A DNA stretch of 64,000 bases. Origin: Fimbriimonadales bacterium. Lineage in GTDB: Bacteria > Armatimonadota > Fimbriimonadia > Fimbriimonadales > JABRVX01. Below the pieces are notes generated by a model. That model saw only the letters and a program-made list of their open reading frames with translations, was not told where the DNA came from and searched no databases. The DNA lies in NCBI GenBank assembly GCA_045862955.1, contig BTVI01000003.1, positions 32,001 to 96,000 of the forward strand, given 5' to 3'. The position numbers and the translations under genes are program-made. Below are positions 17,579-28,405 of this stretch, piece by piece (within the stretch, counting starts at the first letter, position 1; each line of letters opens with the position of its first letter).

Positions 17579-17818
17579 ATGGACCAGGCAATTTACGAGC
17601 GCGTCGTGAAGCACGCAGTGGAGCAGCTGCACGTGAAGCCGGAGGACCTTACGCCGACGACGTCCTTCGAGGGCGACCTCAACGCAGACTCGCTGGACGT
17701 CGTCGAACTGGTGATGAAGCTGGAGGAGGAGTTCGGGGTCGAGATCCCGGACGTGGACGTGGACAAGATCAAGACCGTCGGCGATGCCGTGGAGTACATC
17801 TCCGGCAAGCTCGGCTGA
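17579..17818 (+). CDS. acpP: Acyl carrier protein
   Basis: [14 protein letters not shown]...[10 protein letters not shown]. Confidence 0.96.
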   Translation: MDQAIYERVVKHAVEQLHVKPEDLTPTTSFEGDLNADSLDVVELVMKLEEEFGVEIPDVDVDKIKTVGDAVEYISGKLG

Positions 17819-17833
17819 CCGACGGCGATACTG

Positions 17834-19093
17834 ATGGCTGAACGCACGCAACCGGCCCACCGCGTCGTCGTTACCGGCATCGGCGTCGTCACACCGATTG
17901 GCCTGAACCTGCGCGAGTTCTGGGAGGGCTGCCTCGAAGGCAGGTCTGGCGCGGGCCCTATCACGCTGATGGACGCTTCGGCGTACGACTGCCGGATTGC
18001 CGCCGAAGTGAAGGGCTTCGACCCGAGCGCGTTCATGGACCCCAAGACCGTGCGCAGGTCCGACCGCTTCACGCAGTTCGGTATCGCTGCCACAGAGATG
18101 GCGCGCCAGGATGCTGGGCTAACGATCGACGAGTCGAACGCGGAGCGCATTGGCGTGATGATCGGCTCTGGCATCGGCGGCATCGGCAAGCTGGAGGCCG
18201 AGTACGATGTGCTGATGGAGAAGGGCCCCAGTCGGGTGAGCCCTCTTCTCGTTCCCATGATGATCCCGGACATGGGCTCGGGCATGGTTTCCATTCAGCT
18301 CGGCGCGAAGGGGCCGAACTCGTGTGTGGTGACCGCGTGCTCGACCGGCACGAACGCCATCGGAGATGCCTACCATATCATTCGTCGGGGGGATGCCGAC
18401 GCGATGTTCGCGGGTGGCACAGAGGCGCCGATTACGAAGACGGGTCTCGGCGGTTTCTGCGCCGCCAAGGCCGTAACCTTCCGGAACGACGATCCGCAGC
18501 ACGCCAGCCGGCCCTTCGACAAGGAGCGGGACGGCTTCCTAATGGCCGAAGGGGCAGGCGTGCTGGTGTTGGAGCGCCTGGAGTTCGCGAAGGCTCGAGG
18601 TGCAAGGATTTATGCCGAGATCGTAGGATACGGCATGACGGGGGACGCCTTTCACATCACGCAGCCCGATCCAGAGGGTGACGGGGCTTACCGAGCGATG
18701 CGCATGGCGCTCGACACAGCGGGGCTGCCGCCCGAGTCGGTGGACTACATCAATGCCCACGGGACATCCACCCCTCTGAACGACAAGTTGGAGACATTGG
18801 CCATCAAGCGAGCGTTCGGCGATCATGCCAGGAAACTCGCCATTAGTTCCACCAAGTCCATGGTGGGCCACCTCTTGGGGGCTGCGGGGGCGGTGGAGGC
18901 CGCCGCCTGCCTGATGGCTATCCAGACCAACACGCTGCCGCCGACCATTAACTACGAGGTACCCGACCCCGAGTGCGACTTGGACTACGTGCCCAACACG
19001 GCTCGGGACGCCAGGGTGAACGTCGTGCTGTCCAACTCGTTCGGGTTCGGGGGGCACAACGCCACCATCCTGTTCAAGAGGTTCACCGACTAG
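17834..19093 (+). CDS. fabF: Beta-ketoacyl-ACP synthase II
   Basis: [22 protein letters not shown] and [10 protein letters not shown] motifs. Confidence 0.96.
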   Translation: MAERTQPAHRVVVTGIGVVTPIGLNLREFWEGCLEGRSGAGPITLMDASAYDCRIAAEVKGFDPSAFMDPKTVRRSDRFTQFGIAATEMARQDAGLTIDESNAERIGVMIGSGIGGIGKLEAEYDVLMEKGPSRVSPLLVPMMIPDMGSGMVSIQLGAKGPNSCVVTACSTGTNAIGDAYHIIRRGDADAMFAGGTEAPITKTGLGGFCAAKAVTFRNDDPQHASRPFDKERDGFLMAEGAGVLVLERLEFAKARGARIYAEIVGYGMTGDAFHITQPDPEGDGAYRAMRMALDTAGLPPESVDYINAHGTSTPLNDKLETLAIKRAFGDHARKLAISSTKSMVGHLLGAAGAVEAAACLMAIQTNTLPPTINYEVPDPECDLDYVPNTARDARVNVVLSNSFGFGGHNATILFKRFTD

Positions 19094-19096
19094 GTA

Positions 19097-19507
19097 TTGG
19101 TATCCGAGGCTGCAGAGCTGATGCGAGCGGAGGATGTGCCTCCGGGCCACAACGAGCCGTCCCTCGCCGACCGGCGAGCGCTGGCAGGGCTCGTGATGTC
19201 TTACGTCGCTCTTAGTCTGTCCGCGCTGGCGTGGGCTACTGCGCTGGTGTTCCTCGCCGCTTTCCGCAAGGACCTCGATGTGGGCCCATGGCTGGTGCTG
19301 GGTGCCGGGATTGCGTCGCTCGCCGGGTGCGTGCTTTCGTGGATGGCTCGGCGCCGCGTGCGCGATGCCTCGCATCTGCACGCCGCGCTCGACTTCGTGT
19401 CCACGTTCGCTTGGCACGTGTCGTGGACGAGCCTCGTGGTCGTGATGTTCTGCGCATCCCAGGTCTACTCGGCCTGGCAGGCAGCGCAGGAAGAGGTGGT
19501 GCTGTAG
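19097..19507 (+). CDS. Hypothetical membrane protein
   Basis: Three hydrophobic segments, immediately after fabF; start uncertain. Confidence 0.55.
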   Translation: MVSEAAELMRAEDVPPGHNEPSLADRRALAGLVMSYVALSLSALAWATALVFLAAFRKDLDVGPWLVLGAGIASLAGCVLSWMARRRVRDASHLHAALDFVSTFAWHVSWTSLVVVMFCASQVYSAWQAAQEEVVL

Positions 19508-19644
19508 CCTTCCTGATTGCTCGGACCGCCTGCATAGCCGCCGCCACGCCAAGTCCTGGCAGGAGTCTCTTGGTCCCATAGGCAGGCATACACGAATGTC
19601 TACATGTCGTGTACAATGGTCGTTTGCCGAAAAGGGGAGGCCAG

Positions 19645-22554
19645 ATGCCGCAGGACAAGATCGTCGTCGTTGGAGCACGCCAACACAACCTGAAGAACAT
19701 CACCGTAGAGATCCCGCGTGACAAGCTGGTGGTGATCACCGGCCTCTCGGGTTCGGGCAAGTCCAGCCTCGCCTTCGACACCATCTATGCGGAGGGGCAG
19801 CGCCGGTACGTCGAGAGCCTCTCCGTCTACGCTCGGCAGTTCTTGGGGCAGATGGACAAGCCGGACGTGGACCACATAGACGGCCTCTCCCCCGCTGTCT
19901 CGATTGATCAGAAGGGCGCCAGCAAGAACCCCCGCTCTACGGTGGGCACGGTGACAGAGATCTACGACTACCTTCGCGTGCTGTTCGCACGGGTCGGCAT
20001 TCCCCACTGCCCTCAGTGCGGCGAGCCCATCACTCGGCAGTCGGTGGAGCAGATCACGGACGCGGTGCTCGGGCTCCCCACGGGCAGCAAGATCCAGGTG
20101 CTGGCCCCGTTGGTTCGGGGACGAAAGGGGGAGTACAGGCAGGTGCTCCAAGACGTGCACCGGCAGGGTTTCGTGCGCGTGCGAGTGGATGGCCTAATCT
20201 ACGAGGTGACCGACGACATCCCGATGGACCGGTACAAACAGCACACGATCGAAGCGGTGGTGGACCGCCTCGTGGTGAAGGAGGGTATCGAGCAACGGCT
20301 AGCCGACTCCATCGAGACCGGACTGCGGCTGGGCAAGGGGCACCTGGTGATCCTGGGCCCGAACGGCGACGAGCGCATGTTCTCGGAGCAGTTTGCGTGC
20401 CCACGCTGCGACATCAGCGTCGGCGAGATCGAGCCCCGGACCTTCTCCTTCAACAGCCCGTACGGAGCGTGCTCCGAGTGCACAGGCTTGGGTTTTCGGC
20501 GCGAGTTCGATATCCAGCTGATGGTGCCGGACTCGACCAAATCGGTCCGCGAAGGCGCGCTGGCCCCATTCATGCACAAGAGCGGTGATCCGAAGTCCTG
20601 GTACCCGGAGCTGTTCGAAGCGGTGGCGGAGCGTGTCGGCTTCGACATAGACACTCCCTGGCAAGACCTCGCTCCCAAACACGTTGCGGCGCTGATGGAC
20701 GGAGTGGAAGGCAAGGTTTCCGTCCGCCTGGGCAGCCGCTTCGGACGCGCCCGCTACTTCGAGACGGATTTCCCCGGCGTAAAGGCCATCCTTCGCAAGA
20801 AGTATGAGCAGACCGAGTCCGATTGGGTGAAGCAGGACCTCGAGCAGTACATGGCGGAGCGCCCCTGCCCTGCTTGCGGCGGCAAGCGGCTGAAACCCGA
20901 AGCCCTCTCGGTGACCTTGGCCGGGAAGGCCATCTCAGACGTCACCTCGATGTCCGTGAGCCAGGCCGCCGAGTTCTTCGCTCGTCTGCCGAAGGAGTTG
21001 CGTGAGCGCGAACGCTTCATCGCCAGCCGCCTCATCAAGGAGATCCGGGAGCGGCTAGACTTTCTTAGCGGCGTGGGCGTGGGCTATCTGACGCTGGACC
21101 GGACGGCGCGGACGCTTGCGGGCGGCGAGGCCCAGCGTATCCGACTGGCGACGCAGATAGGCAGCGGGCTAATGGGCGTGTTGTACATCCTAGACGAGCC
21201 TTCAATCGGCTTGCACCAACGGGACAACCGCAAACTGATTGGGACGCTGGAGCGGCTGCGCGACCTGGGCAACACCGTGATCGTAGTGGAGCATGACGAG
21301 GAGACCATGCTGGCCGCCGACCACATCATCGACCTCGGCCCCGGGGCAGGCGAGCACGGCGGACATGTGGTCGCGGAGGGCACCGTGGAGCAGATTCGGC
21401 GCACTCCGGGGAGTATCACGGGGGCTTACCTGCGCGGCGAGCGGGCGATCCCAGTACCGGTGCGACGACGCCCGGTGAACGACAAGTGGATCGTGATCCG
21501 AGGCGCTCGCGCGCACAACCTGAAGAACGTGGAGGCGAGGATCCCGCTCGGCGTGTTCGTGTGTGTGACGGGCGTGTCGGGCAGCGGCAAGTCCACGCTG
21601 ATCCAGGAGACGCTGTTTCCGCGCCTCATGTACCACGTCTACGGCACTCGAACCGTGTGGGGCCCGCACGACGACATAACCGGCATGGAGCACGTGGACA
21701 AGGTGGTGGACATCGATCAGTCTCCAATCGGCCGCACACCGCGCAGCAATCCGGCTACCTATACCGGTGCGTTCAATATGATCCGTGATCTGTTCGCGCG
21801 CACGACGGACGCTCGGGTGCGCGGATACAAACCCGGGCGGTTCAGCTTCAACGTGAAGGGCGGTCGCTGTGAGGCGTGCCAAGGCGACGGCATCATCAAG
21901 ATAGAGATGCACTTCCTACCCGACGTGTACGTGCCGTGCGAGGTGTGCAAAGGCAAGCGCTACAACCGGGAGACGCTGGAGGTGAAGTACAAGGGTAAGT
22001 CCATCGCAGACGTGCTCGAGATGACTGTCGAGGAGGCCTTAGAGTTCTTCGGCCCAGTGCCGCCGCTCAAGCGCAAGATCGGCACGCTGATGGACGTTGG
22101 CCTAGGCTACATCAGACTGGGACAGCCTGCCACCACGCTTTCGGGAGGCGAGGCACAGCGCATCAAGTTGGCCGACCACCTATCGAAGCGAAGCACCGGC
22201 CGAACCGTGTACATTCTGGACGAGCCGACCACCGGTCTGCACTTCGAGGACGTGAACAAGTTGCTGGGGGTGCTGCATCGCCTGGTAGATCAGGGCAACT
22301 CCGTCATCGTGATCGAGCACAACCTGGACGTCATCAAGACAGCCGATTGGGTATTGGACATGGGACCCGAGGGCGGCGATGAGGGAGGCCAGGTGATCGC
22401 CGAGGGGACGCCAGAGCAGGTCGCGGCCACGAAGGGGACCCATACCGGGCGCTACCTGAAGGCGATGCTCAAGGGTGCGCCACGGGGCGAACTCGGTGCC
22501 AGGGACGGCCGTCCCGTGGGTGAGGCCGAACCCGCTCTCGTGGGCGAGGGCTAA
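19645..22554 (+). CDS. uvrA: Excinuclease ABC subunit A
   Basis: [18 protein letters not shown], zinc fingers, second [27 protein letters not shown]. Confidence 0.97.
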   Translation: MPQDKIVVVGARQHNLKNITVEIPRDKLVVITGLSGSGKSSLAFDTIYAEGQRRYVESLSVYARQFLGQMDKPDVDHIDGLSPAVSIDQKGASKNPRSTVGTVTEIYDYLRVLFARVGIPHCPQCGEPITRQSVEQITDAVLGLPTGSKIQVLAPLVRGRKGEYRQVLQDVHRQGFVRVRVDGLIYEVTDDIPMDRYKQHTIEAVVDRLVVKEGIEQRLADSIETGLRLGKGHLVILGPNGDERMFSEQFACPRCDISVGEIEPRTFSFNSPYGACSECTGLGFRREFDIQLMVPDSTKSVREGALAPFMHKSGDPKSWYPELFEAVAERVGFDIDTPWQDLAPKHVAALMDGVEGKVSVRLGSRFGRARYFETDFPGVKAILRKKYEQTESDWVKQDLEQYMAERPCPACGGKRLKPEALSVTLAGKAISDVTSMSVSQAAEFFARLPKELRERERFIASRLIKEIRERLDFLSGVGVGYLTLDRTARTLAGGEAQRIRLATQIGSGLMGVLYILDEPSIGLHQRDNRKLIGTLERLRDLGNTVIVVEHDEETMLAADHIIDLGPGAGEHGGHVVAEGTVEQIRRTPGSITGAYLRGERAIPVPVRRRPVNDKWIVIRGARAHNLKNVEARIPLGVFVCVTGVSGSGKSTLIQETLFPRLMYHVYGTRTVWGPHDDITGMEHVDKVVDIDQSPIGRTPRSNPATYTGAFNMIRDLFARTTDARVRGYKPGRFSFNVKGGRCEACQGDGIIKIEMHFLPDVYVPCEVCKGKRYNRETLEVKYKGKSIADVLEMTVEEALEFFGPVPPLKRKIGTLMDVGLGYIRLGQPATTLSGGEAQRIKLADHLSKRSTGRTVYILDEPTTGLHFEDVNKLLGVLHRLVDQGNSVIVIEHNLDVIKTADWVLDMGPEGGDEGGQVIAEGTPEQVAATKGTHTGRYLKAMLKGAPRGELGARDGRPVGEAEPALVGEG

Positions 22555-22626
22555 CCGGGACGTTGCACTTGTCGGCGCCTGTGCGGGCATAATTGCTTCG
22601 GGATGCCACTTCAAGGAGGAATCATC

Positions 22627-23886
22627 ATGAGCAGGATCGGCATTCGCCTCGGACTAGCCGTAGCAGCCCTCCTCGTCTCTGTCTGCGCACTCGCACAAGA
22701 CGGCTGGGACTACGAGGTGTCCATCGAGGCGCGCGTGCGCGGTGAGGCTCGCGACAACCGCGACTTCTTCGACGCCTCGAACGACCGTAGGGACGACATC
22801 TTCGGCCGATTGCGTGTCGGCTTTCGAATGTTCAACGAGGAGCAGGGGGTCTCTCTCTTCTTGCAGCCGCAGGAGTCGTACGACCAGTACTACACGCCTG
22901 CGCGCAACGATAACGACCACTACTTCGACATCTATCAGGCCTATGCGGAGTTTCAGGACAACACCAAGGCATGGAAAGTGCGTGGCGGCAGACAGGATGT
23001 GACGATGGGGCGCAAGCGCCTCTTCGGAGCCGGCTATTGGGGCAACTTCGGACGGTCCTATGACGGCTTGCGCATAGACTATGCTGTCACTAGCCAGGTT
23101 AACATCACCGCCTTCGGTGGCACCATTGGCTCGTCGGGCAGGCGGCCGCGGCATCCCGACATCGGCTTAGTCTTCGGTGAGTGGAAGTCGAAGGAAGGAC
23201 CCGCCGAGGTGTACTACATCTACAAGCATGACAATCTCGCGGGGATCTCCAACACCGTGCATACGTTCGGGGCTCGGGCTGAGCGCAAACTGAAGAACGG
23301 CATAGACTTCATCGCCGAAGCTGCATTCCAGAGTGGCGACTATGGCGACAAGAGTATCGAAGCGATGGGAGCATACTTGACAGGCGGATACACGTTCCAG
23401 GCTCCCTGGAAGCCGCGGCTCGGGTTCGAGGTCACCTATGCGTCGGGCGGCGACCCCGCGGATGACAAGTACAAGACCTTCGACCAGCTCTTCGCAATCG
23501 TCCATCCGGAGTATGGGATTGCCGACTATCAGGGCTGGCGGAACATGCGTGCGCTCATGATTGACGTGACGGCGGTTCCCGCCAAGAACTGGCAGTTCCG
23601 TGCCGCTCATCACTGGTTCCGATTGGACAACGCGAAGGATGCCTGGTACGGCTCGACCGGCGGGAAGAACTCGGGGGCTGGAGGCACCTATCAGGACCCG
23701 ACGGGAGCCGCAGGCAAAGACGTTGGTCACGAACTAGACTTGATTCTCACCTATAAGCCGAACAAGGCTTGGGCCGCGGAGATTGGCGTCGCGCGCTTCT
23801 TCCCCGGTAGTTTCATCAAGACCATCAATGGTGGTAGTGCACAGAACTCGGACTGGGGGTATCTGTCGGTCACCTGGTGGTACTGA
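22627..23886 (+). CDS. Alginate export (AlgE-like) outer-membrane beta-barrel
   Basis: Signal peptide; YQAY, GRQ, YASG, TFDQLF, ELD motifs; aromatic C-terminus. Confidence 0.78.
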   Translation: MSRIGIRLGLAVAALLVSVCALAQDGWDYEVSIEARVRGEARDNRDFFDASNDRRDDIFGRLRVGFRMFNEEQGVSLFLQPQESYDQYYTPARNDNDHYFDIYQAYAEFQDNTKAWKVRGGRQDVTMGRKRLFGAGYWGNFGRSYDGLRIDYAVTSQVNITAFGGTIGSSGRRPRHPDIGLVFGEWKSKEGPAEVYYIYKHDNLAGISNTVHTFGARAERKLKNGIDFIAEAAFQSGDYGDKSIEAMGAYLTGGYTFQAPWKPRLGFEVTYASGGDPADDKYKTFDQLFAIVHPEYGIADYQGWRNMRALMIDVTAVPAKNWQFRAAHHWFRLDNAKDAWYGSTGGKNSGAGGTYQDPTGAAGKDVGHELDLILTYKPNKAWAAEIGVARFFPGSFIKTINGGSAQNSDWGYLSVTWWY

Positions 23887-23938
23887 CAGCTAGCTTCCGC
23901 TACATGCCGTATCCCTCGCCACTGGGAGAGGTGGGTCT

Positions 23939-24579
23939 GTGCGAGGGTGCAGCCGTGCGGGGCCGTCATGCTGAGCCTGTCGAAGCATGCCCTCGCCATC
24001 CGCATGGTAGTGCCCGTCATGCTGAGCCTGTCGAAGCATGCTGCCTCCAGACGCGCAGGTAGTAGCAGTAGAAGATCACGGGCGGCAATCGCCGTCATGC
24101 TTCGACAGGCTCAGCATGACGGCCCCGCACGGCTGCACCCTCGCACTGTCCCATCCTCTGCGGGTGTTGAGGGAAGCTCCTTTGGATAAGGGCGACCCGG
24201 AACCGACCACCGGTCGGGGACGAGGGCGGCTCAACCACGCTGTCCACGACTCTCGTCCCGACGACTCCGCATCCGTCCGCCAGAACTGGGATGCCGACCC
24301 TTCCGAGGCCGCTTCGCTTCGGGGGAAGGGGGGGCCGCGCGATTCCGCCTCGACGGCACGTGGGGTGATACGTTGGCGCCTGCCACTTACTCCCACCCCA
24401 CCGACCCCTTATACCGTCATGCTGAGCCTGTCGAAGCATGCCCTCGCTATCCGCATGGTAGTATCCGGAGCCCGTCATGCTGAGCCTGTCGAAGCATGCT
24501 GCCTCCAGACGCGCAGGTAGTAGCAGTAGAAGATCACGTGCGGCTATCGCCGTCATGCTTCGACAGGCTCAGCATGACG
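23939..24579. repeat. REP/REPIN-like cluster with core CGTCATGCTGAGCCTGTCGAAGCATG (6 copies in two composite units)
   Basis: Direct copies at 23964, 24015, 24415 and 24473; inverted copies at 24096-24121 and 24554-24579; ~50-bp inverted arms at 23939-23989 and 24096-24146. Confidence 0.92.
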
Positions 24580-24741
24580 GCGTGGGACGCTGCTGCTCAC
24601 GCGTGGGATGCTGCTGCTCGCTAGGCGTGGGACGCCGCTGCTCACGCGTGGGATGCTGCTGCTCGCTAGGCGTGGGACGCTGCTGCTCACGCGTGGGATG
24701 CTGCTGCTCGCTAGGAGTGGGATGCTGCTGCTCACTAGGAG
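24579..24741. repeat. Minisatellite: 45-bp (21+24) unit x3 plus a degenerate unit
   Basis: GCGTGGGACGCTGCTGCTCAC alternating with GCGTGGGATGCTGCTGCTCGCTAG. Confidence 0.9.
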
Positions 24742-24825
24742 CCTATTCAGGGCTGCTCAGTCTCTGACTGCGCTTGGTACACGCGATGCGAGCACGTTCG
24801 GGATGCCGCGAGGCAGAGCGCAGCG

Positions 24826-25545
24826 CTATCGCTTCTTCCGCCACCAGACGTAGCAGTTGTCGGCGTGGAGTTGATCGCGCGTCATCACCTTCGCATGGCC
24901 GTCCACGAAGGCTACCATTGCGGACTTCTTGCCGCCGTGTCGGTACTTCACAATGCCGTAGTCGGCCGTGAAGATGCGGGTGCCGAGCGTCGTGTCCATG
25001 CACTTGTATGCTTCCGGCTCTGCGATCCAGTCACCGTCTCCGTTCTCCGTCACTATGATCGTCTCGCTCGGCACTTCCACACCGTTCACACGGGCGGTCT
25101 TGTGATCCTGGTAGTCGGCGACGTTGGGGTTGACGTTGGTGAACACATCTATGTACGCCCAGTTGTTGATGCCGTACTGCCCCAGAAACTTCACCTGCGG
25201 ATTGGCGTAGTAGTCGCGGCAATCCCACCCTTTGCCCTCGAAGCTAGGACAGCTGTAGAGCTCGTCCGCCTTCTGATACGGCTTGGTGATCTGCTTCCAC
25301 GAGGCGTTGTCGGCGCACCAAGGTCGGTCCCACAGCCAGGTGATAGGCAGCACGTCGTCGTGGTCGCCGTAGTACATTGCGATGGCCATGCCCACCTGGC
25401 GCATCTGCTGTCCGCACACGACTTGCTTACCGTGCTCGCGAGCCCGCGAGAATACGGGCAAAAGGATGGCGGCGAGCACCGCGATGATAGCGATGACCAC
25501 CAGAAGCTCGATCAGCGTGAAGGCGCTGAGCCTCGATCGATTCAT
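24826..25545 (-). CDS. Prepilin-type N-terminal / H-X9-DG protein (DUF1559-like)
   Basis: [44 protein letters not shown]. Confidence 0.9.
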   Translation of the reverse strand: MNRSRLSAFTLIELLVVIAIIAVLAAILLPVFSRAREHGKQVVCGQQMRQVGMAIAMYYGDHDDVLPITWLWDRPWCADNASWKQITKPYQKADELYSCPSFEGKGWDCRDYYANPQVKFLGQYGINNWAYIDVFTNVNPNVADYQDHKTARVNGVEVPSETIIVTENGDGDWIAEPEAYKCMDTTLGTRIFTADYGIVKYRHGGKKSAMVAFVDGHAKVMTRDQLHADNCYVWWRKKR

Positions 25546-25757
25546 TGTTCTTCACTCCCGAGCCACTGAGCCGCAACTTCCGTGCCGTTCGGCGCCCCCA
25601 GAATGCTTCTTGCGATGCATGCAGCTCGAATTGAGAATATCAATCTGGACCTTGAGAAATCTTAGGTCCTTTGGCTCGCAGCGCAACGAAACACAAGGTC
25701 GGAGTGTATTCTGGGCAGAGCAGGTAGCCGTGATGGAGCCTGCAGGGGAGAGCGAGG

Positions 25758-25916
25758 ATGGAAATGGCGCTCAGTCTTACGAAGGAAGAGGCGTTTGCGC
25801 TGCTCGAGCTGGCGCTCGCCTCGGCGACGGAAGAGGACGAGGTGGGCGAGCGGGCATTGAGGAAGCTGGTAGAGGTATGCAAGCGGTACTTGAGCCAAGA
25901 GGTAGCGGTAGCCTAG
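25758..25916 (+). CDS. Small hypothetical protein (52 aa), below the ORF-track cutoff
   Basis: GGGGAG...GAGG RBS; MEMALSLTKEEAFALLELALASATEEDEVGERALRKLVEVCKRYLSQEVAVA, amphipathic helical. Confidence 0.6.
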   Translation: MEMALSLTKEEAFALLELALASATEEDEVGERALRKLVEVCKRYLSQEVAVA

Positions 25917-25975
25917 GGACCGATGGGCCATCGTCCCCGAGGCTCCGGGGTAACCTCGAAGGGGAGGTGATCGGA

Positions 25976-26365
25976 GTGGCGTGTGATCGGGTTGCGCTGT
26001 CGCTGGGCATCGCGCTCGCCCTGTTTGCGGCAGGTTGCCGGCCTAGTTCCTCGGGGCGGGAGGTGGTGAAGCCCCAATCGGGTGGCGGCGCAGGCTCTCA
26101 GTTGGCTCGCAGCGACCCGTCAGCCGCGGACGGTGAAGCCCTCTTCGCCAGGCACGGCTGCATGAACTGTCACCGATACCAGGGGAGGGGGTCGCCTACA
26201 CCCGGTCCAGCGCTGGACAAAGCGGGCCAGAAAGACGCGGAATGGCACCTCGCCCATCTGCGGGACCCGCGGTCCAAGTCGCCAGATAGCGATATGCCTA
26301 GCTATGCGCATCTGCCCGACGAGGACCTCGAGGCCTTGGCCCAGTGGTTGGCGACTCGCCGGTAG
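25976..26365 (+). CDS. Lipoprotein monoheme c-type cytochrome
   Basis: GGAGGTGA RBS, lipobox FAAG|C, CMNCH heme motif, GPAL, distal MP. Confidence 0.88.
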   Translation: MACDRVALSLGIALALFAAGCRPSSSGREVVKPQSGGGAGSQLARSDPSAADGEALFARHGCMNCHRYQGRGSPTPGPALDKAGQKDAEWHLAHLRDPRSKSPDSDMPSYAHLPDEDLEALAQWLATRR

Positions 26366-26373
26366 AAACGCTG

Positions 26374-26570
26374 TTGACTCCCGCCGAGGCGGCGTGGGAT
26401 AATCCCGTCATCCCAGCGAAAAGGGGGTGGTGCAGAACGATGAGTAATTCAGATATGCGCCAGGAGGGTCGCAGGTTTTAGCGGCCGCCGGGCGCGGCGT
26501 CAGTGATGAACCGCGCCCTCCTGGCTGAAAACCTACTTCGCCCCGGACTTCGCTCCGGGGCGTTGTACTT
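26374..26570 (+). promoter_or_regulatory. Promoter plus structured 5' leader with a 13-aa uORF and GC hairpin upstream of kdsB
   Basis: TTGACT-18-(TG)GATAAT; uORF 26440-26481 with AAGGGGGTGG SD; several complementary blocks; hairpin 26539-26562. Confidence 0.55.
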
Positions 26571-27311
26571 ATGGCTCACGTTGTCGCTGTAATCCCGGCT
26601 CGAATGGGCAGCACGCGCTTCCCGGGAAAGCCGCTTGCTCTAATAGCCGGCAAGCCCATGCTGCAGCACGTCTGGGAGCGTGTCGTAGAGGCTCGTAGCG
26701 TAGACGAGGTGTACATCTCGAGCCCGGACACCGAGATTCTGGAGGTTGCCACGCGCTTCGGCGCCGACGCGGTCCCTTCGAGCCCAGCCTGCCCCACCGG
26801 CACAGACCGGGTCGCAGAGGTTGCGGCATCCACGCTGGGTGACATCTACATCAACGTGCAAGGCGACGAGCCACTGATTCGGACGCAAGACGTGGAGGCA
26901 GTGGTGCGCCCGATGTTGCGAGATAACCCACCCGACTCCGCCAGCCTCTGCTGTCCGTGCACCCTTCAGGAAGAAACCGATCCCAACGTGGTCAAGGTGG
27001 TGCTGGACGTGTGGGGGTATGCGCTGTACTTTTCCCGGTCGCAGGTTCCCTATCCACGTTCGCGCCAGCAGCGCGCGCTGCGACACCTAGGCATTTACGC
27101 CTTCAATCGCGAAACGATCCTGCAGTTTCCGCACCTGAAGCAGACGCCGTTGGAGAAGTCCGAAGGGTTGGAGCAGCTTCGCCTGCTAGAGCACGGCTAC
27201 ACGATGGCGCTCACGCGGGTCCGGCGACCAGCAGGCCCTGCGGTGGACACCCCCGAGCAACTCGTGGAGGTCGAGCGGCTGCTATCCCGCGGGACTCGAC
27301 GGTCGTCTTGA
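26571..27311 (+). CDS. kdsB: 3-deoxy-manno-octulosonate cytidylyltransferase
   Basis: IPARMGSTRFPGKPL, GTDR, NVQGDEP, LYFSR, HLGIY and EGLEQLR motifs. Confidence 0.96.
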   Translation: MAHVVAVIPARMGSTRFPGKPLALIAGKPMLQHVWERVVEARSVDEVYISSPDTEILEVATRFGADAVPSSPACPTGTDRVAEVAASTLGDIYINVQGDEPLIRTQDVEAVVRPMLRDNPPDSASLCCPCTLQEETDPNVVKVVLDVWGYALYFSRSQVPYPRSRQQRALRHLGIYAFNRETILQFPHLKQTPLEKSEGLEQLRLLEHGYTMALTRVRRPAGPAVDTPEQLVEVERLLSRGTRRSS

Positions 27312-27341
27312 GTAGTAGTTGGACGCGGGGGGTAGCGCCGG

Positions 27342-28364
27342 CTACTCGACACGGGCTTCGCCGCGGATTGCAGTGAGCAGGAAGTTCTGCACGGCGCGCT
27401 CGTCGGCAAAAGCCACCTCCTCGCGGAGCACCCACAGATCCGGCGCCCCTGGCAGCGAACGAAGCTTCACCGCGTCCTTCTCTGTGGTAACGGCCGTCAT
27501 CCGGCCCAGATTGTCGAGGTCGGCAGCGCTGTAGTCATGGTGATCACCGAATCGGAGGCTGGTCACCGAGGCCCCGAGATCTCGTAGGGTCTGCTCGAAG
27601 CGCTCCGGATTTCCAATCGCTGAGACGGCCAGCACCTTCTCCCCACGAAGCAGGGCTAGTTCTCGCCGCTGTGTGCCGTCCAGCGAGCGCAACTCCTTGG
27701 GTCGCCGAGTCACATGGAACGTAGGGAGGGGAGGTAGGTTCGGGGGTGTATGGTCTCCGACGACGAGCAGGGCACTGGCCCTCCGCAACCCACTCTTCGG
27801 CTCGCGCAGCGGGCCTGCGGGTAGGCATCGGCCGTTTCCGAAGGGGCGCGCCCCGTCCAGCACCACGAGGTCTAGCGTGCGGGCGAGTGGCAGGTGTTGG
27901 AAGCCGTCGTCCATCAGGATCACGTCCACATCGGACCGACCAGCCACCGTTTTCGCCATCCTCACACGGTTTCTGCACACGATAATCGAGGCGTCGGGCA
28001 ACGCCTCGCGCAAGAGCACCGCCTCGTCTCCCACCAGGCGAGGGTCCGCCTCTTTGCCCGGCGGCACCGCTGCACAGGGGCAGGTGCCTCCATACCCGCT
28101 GCACGAGACCAACACGCGCAGCCCTGCGCCTTGCAGAAGGTGGCCGATAGCGATGGTGACGGGGGTCTTCCCTGTCCCGCCAACCGAGATTGAGCCCACG
28201 CAGACTACGGGTACCGCAGGCTCGTGACGTTTCCGGAAGCCAAGCGCATACCACGCAAGGTACAGCCGCCAACCCAGCGCGTACAGATGGGACGCGGGGA
28301 GGAGGGCGGCTCGCTTGAGGCGGTCGCCGTGCGCGGGCGAATCCCACAAGCCTGGCCAGTCCAT
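27342..28364 (-). CDS. lpxK: Tetraacyldisaccharide 4'-kinase
   Basis: VGSISVGGTGKTP, GDE, DDGFQH, LPAGPLRE, F.DHH and TTEKD motifs. Confidence 0.93.
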   Translation of the reverse strand: MDWPGLWDSPAHGDRLKRAALLPASHLYALGWRLYLAWYALGFRKRHEPAVPVVCVGSISVGGTGKTPVTIAIGHLLQGAGLRVLVSCSGYGGTCPCAAVPPGKEADPRLVGDEAVLLREALPDASIIVCRNRVRMAKTVAGRSDVDVILMDDGFQHLPLARTLDLVVLDGARPFGNGRCLPAGPLREPKSGLRRASALLVVGDHTPPNLPPLPTFHVTRRPKELRSLDGTQRRELALLRGEKVLAVSAIGNPERFEQTLRDLGASVTSLRFGDHHDYSAADLDNLGRMTAVTTEKDAVKLRSLPGAPDLWVLREEVAFADERAVQNFLLTAIRGEARVE

Positions 28365-28405
28365 GGGCGGATTATGGCACCCGGCCCGTCGGGTAGGATC
28401 GGCGC

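Noticed and set aside
24579..24741. Possible CRISPR array
   Set aside because: Units are contiguous with no unique spacers, and there are no cas genes in the window; it is a minisatellite.
23751..24853. ORFs with repeated MLSLSKH / FDRLSMT / LRQAQH peptides
   Set aside because: These are frame translations of the REP palindrome, with no RBS or protein-like composition.
26490..26534. Hammerhead ribozyme core
   Set aside because: The sequence is GTGATGA rather than CTGANGA, and the stems do not fit the hammerhead topology.
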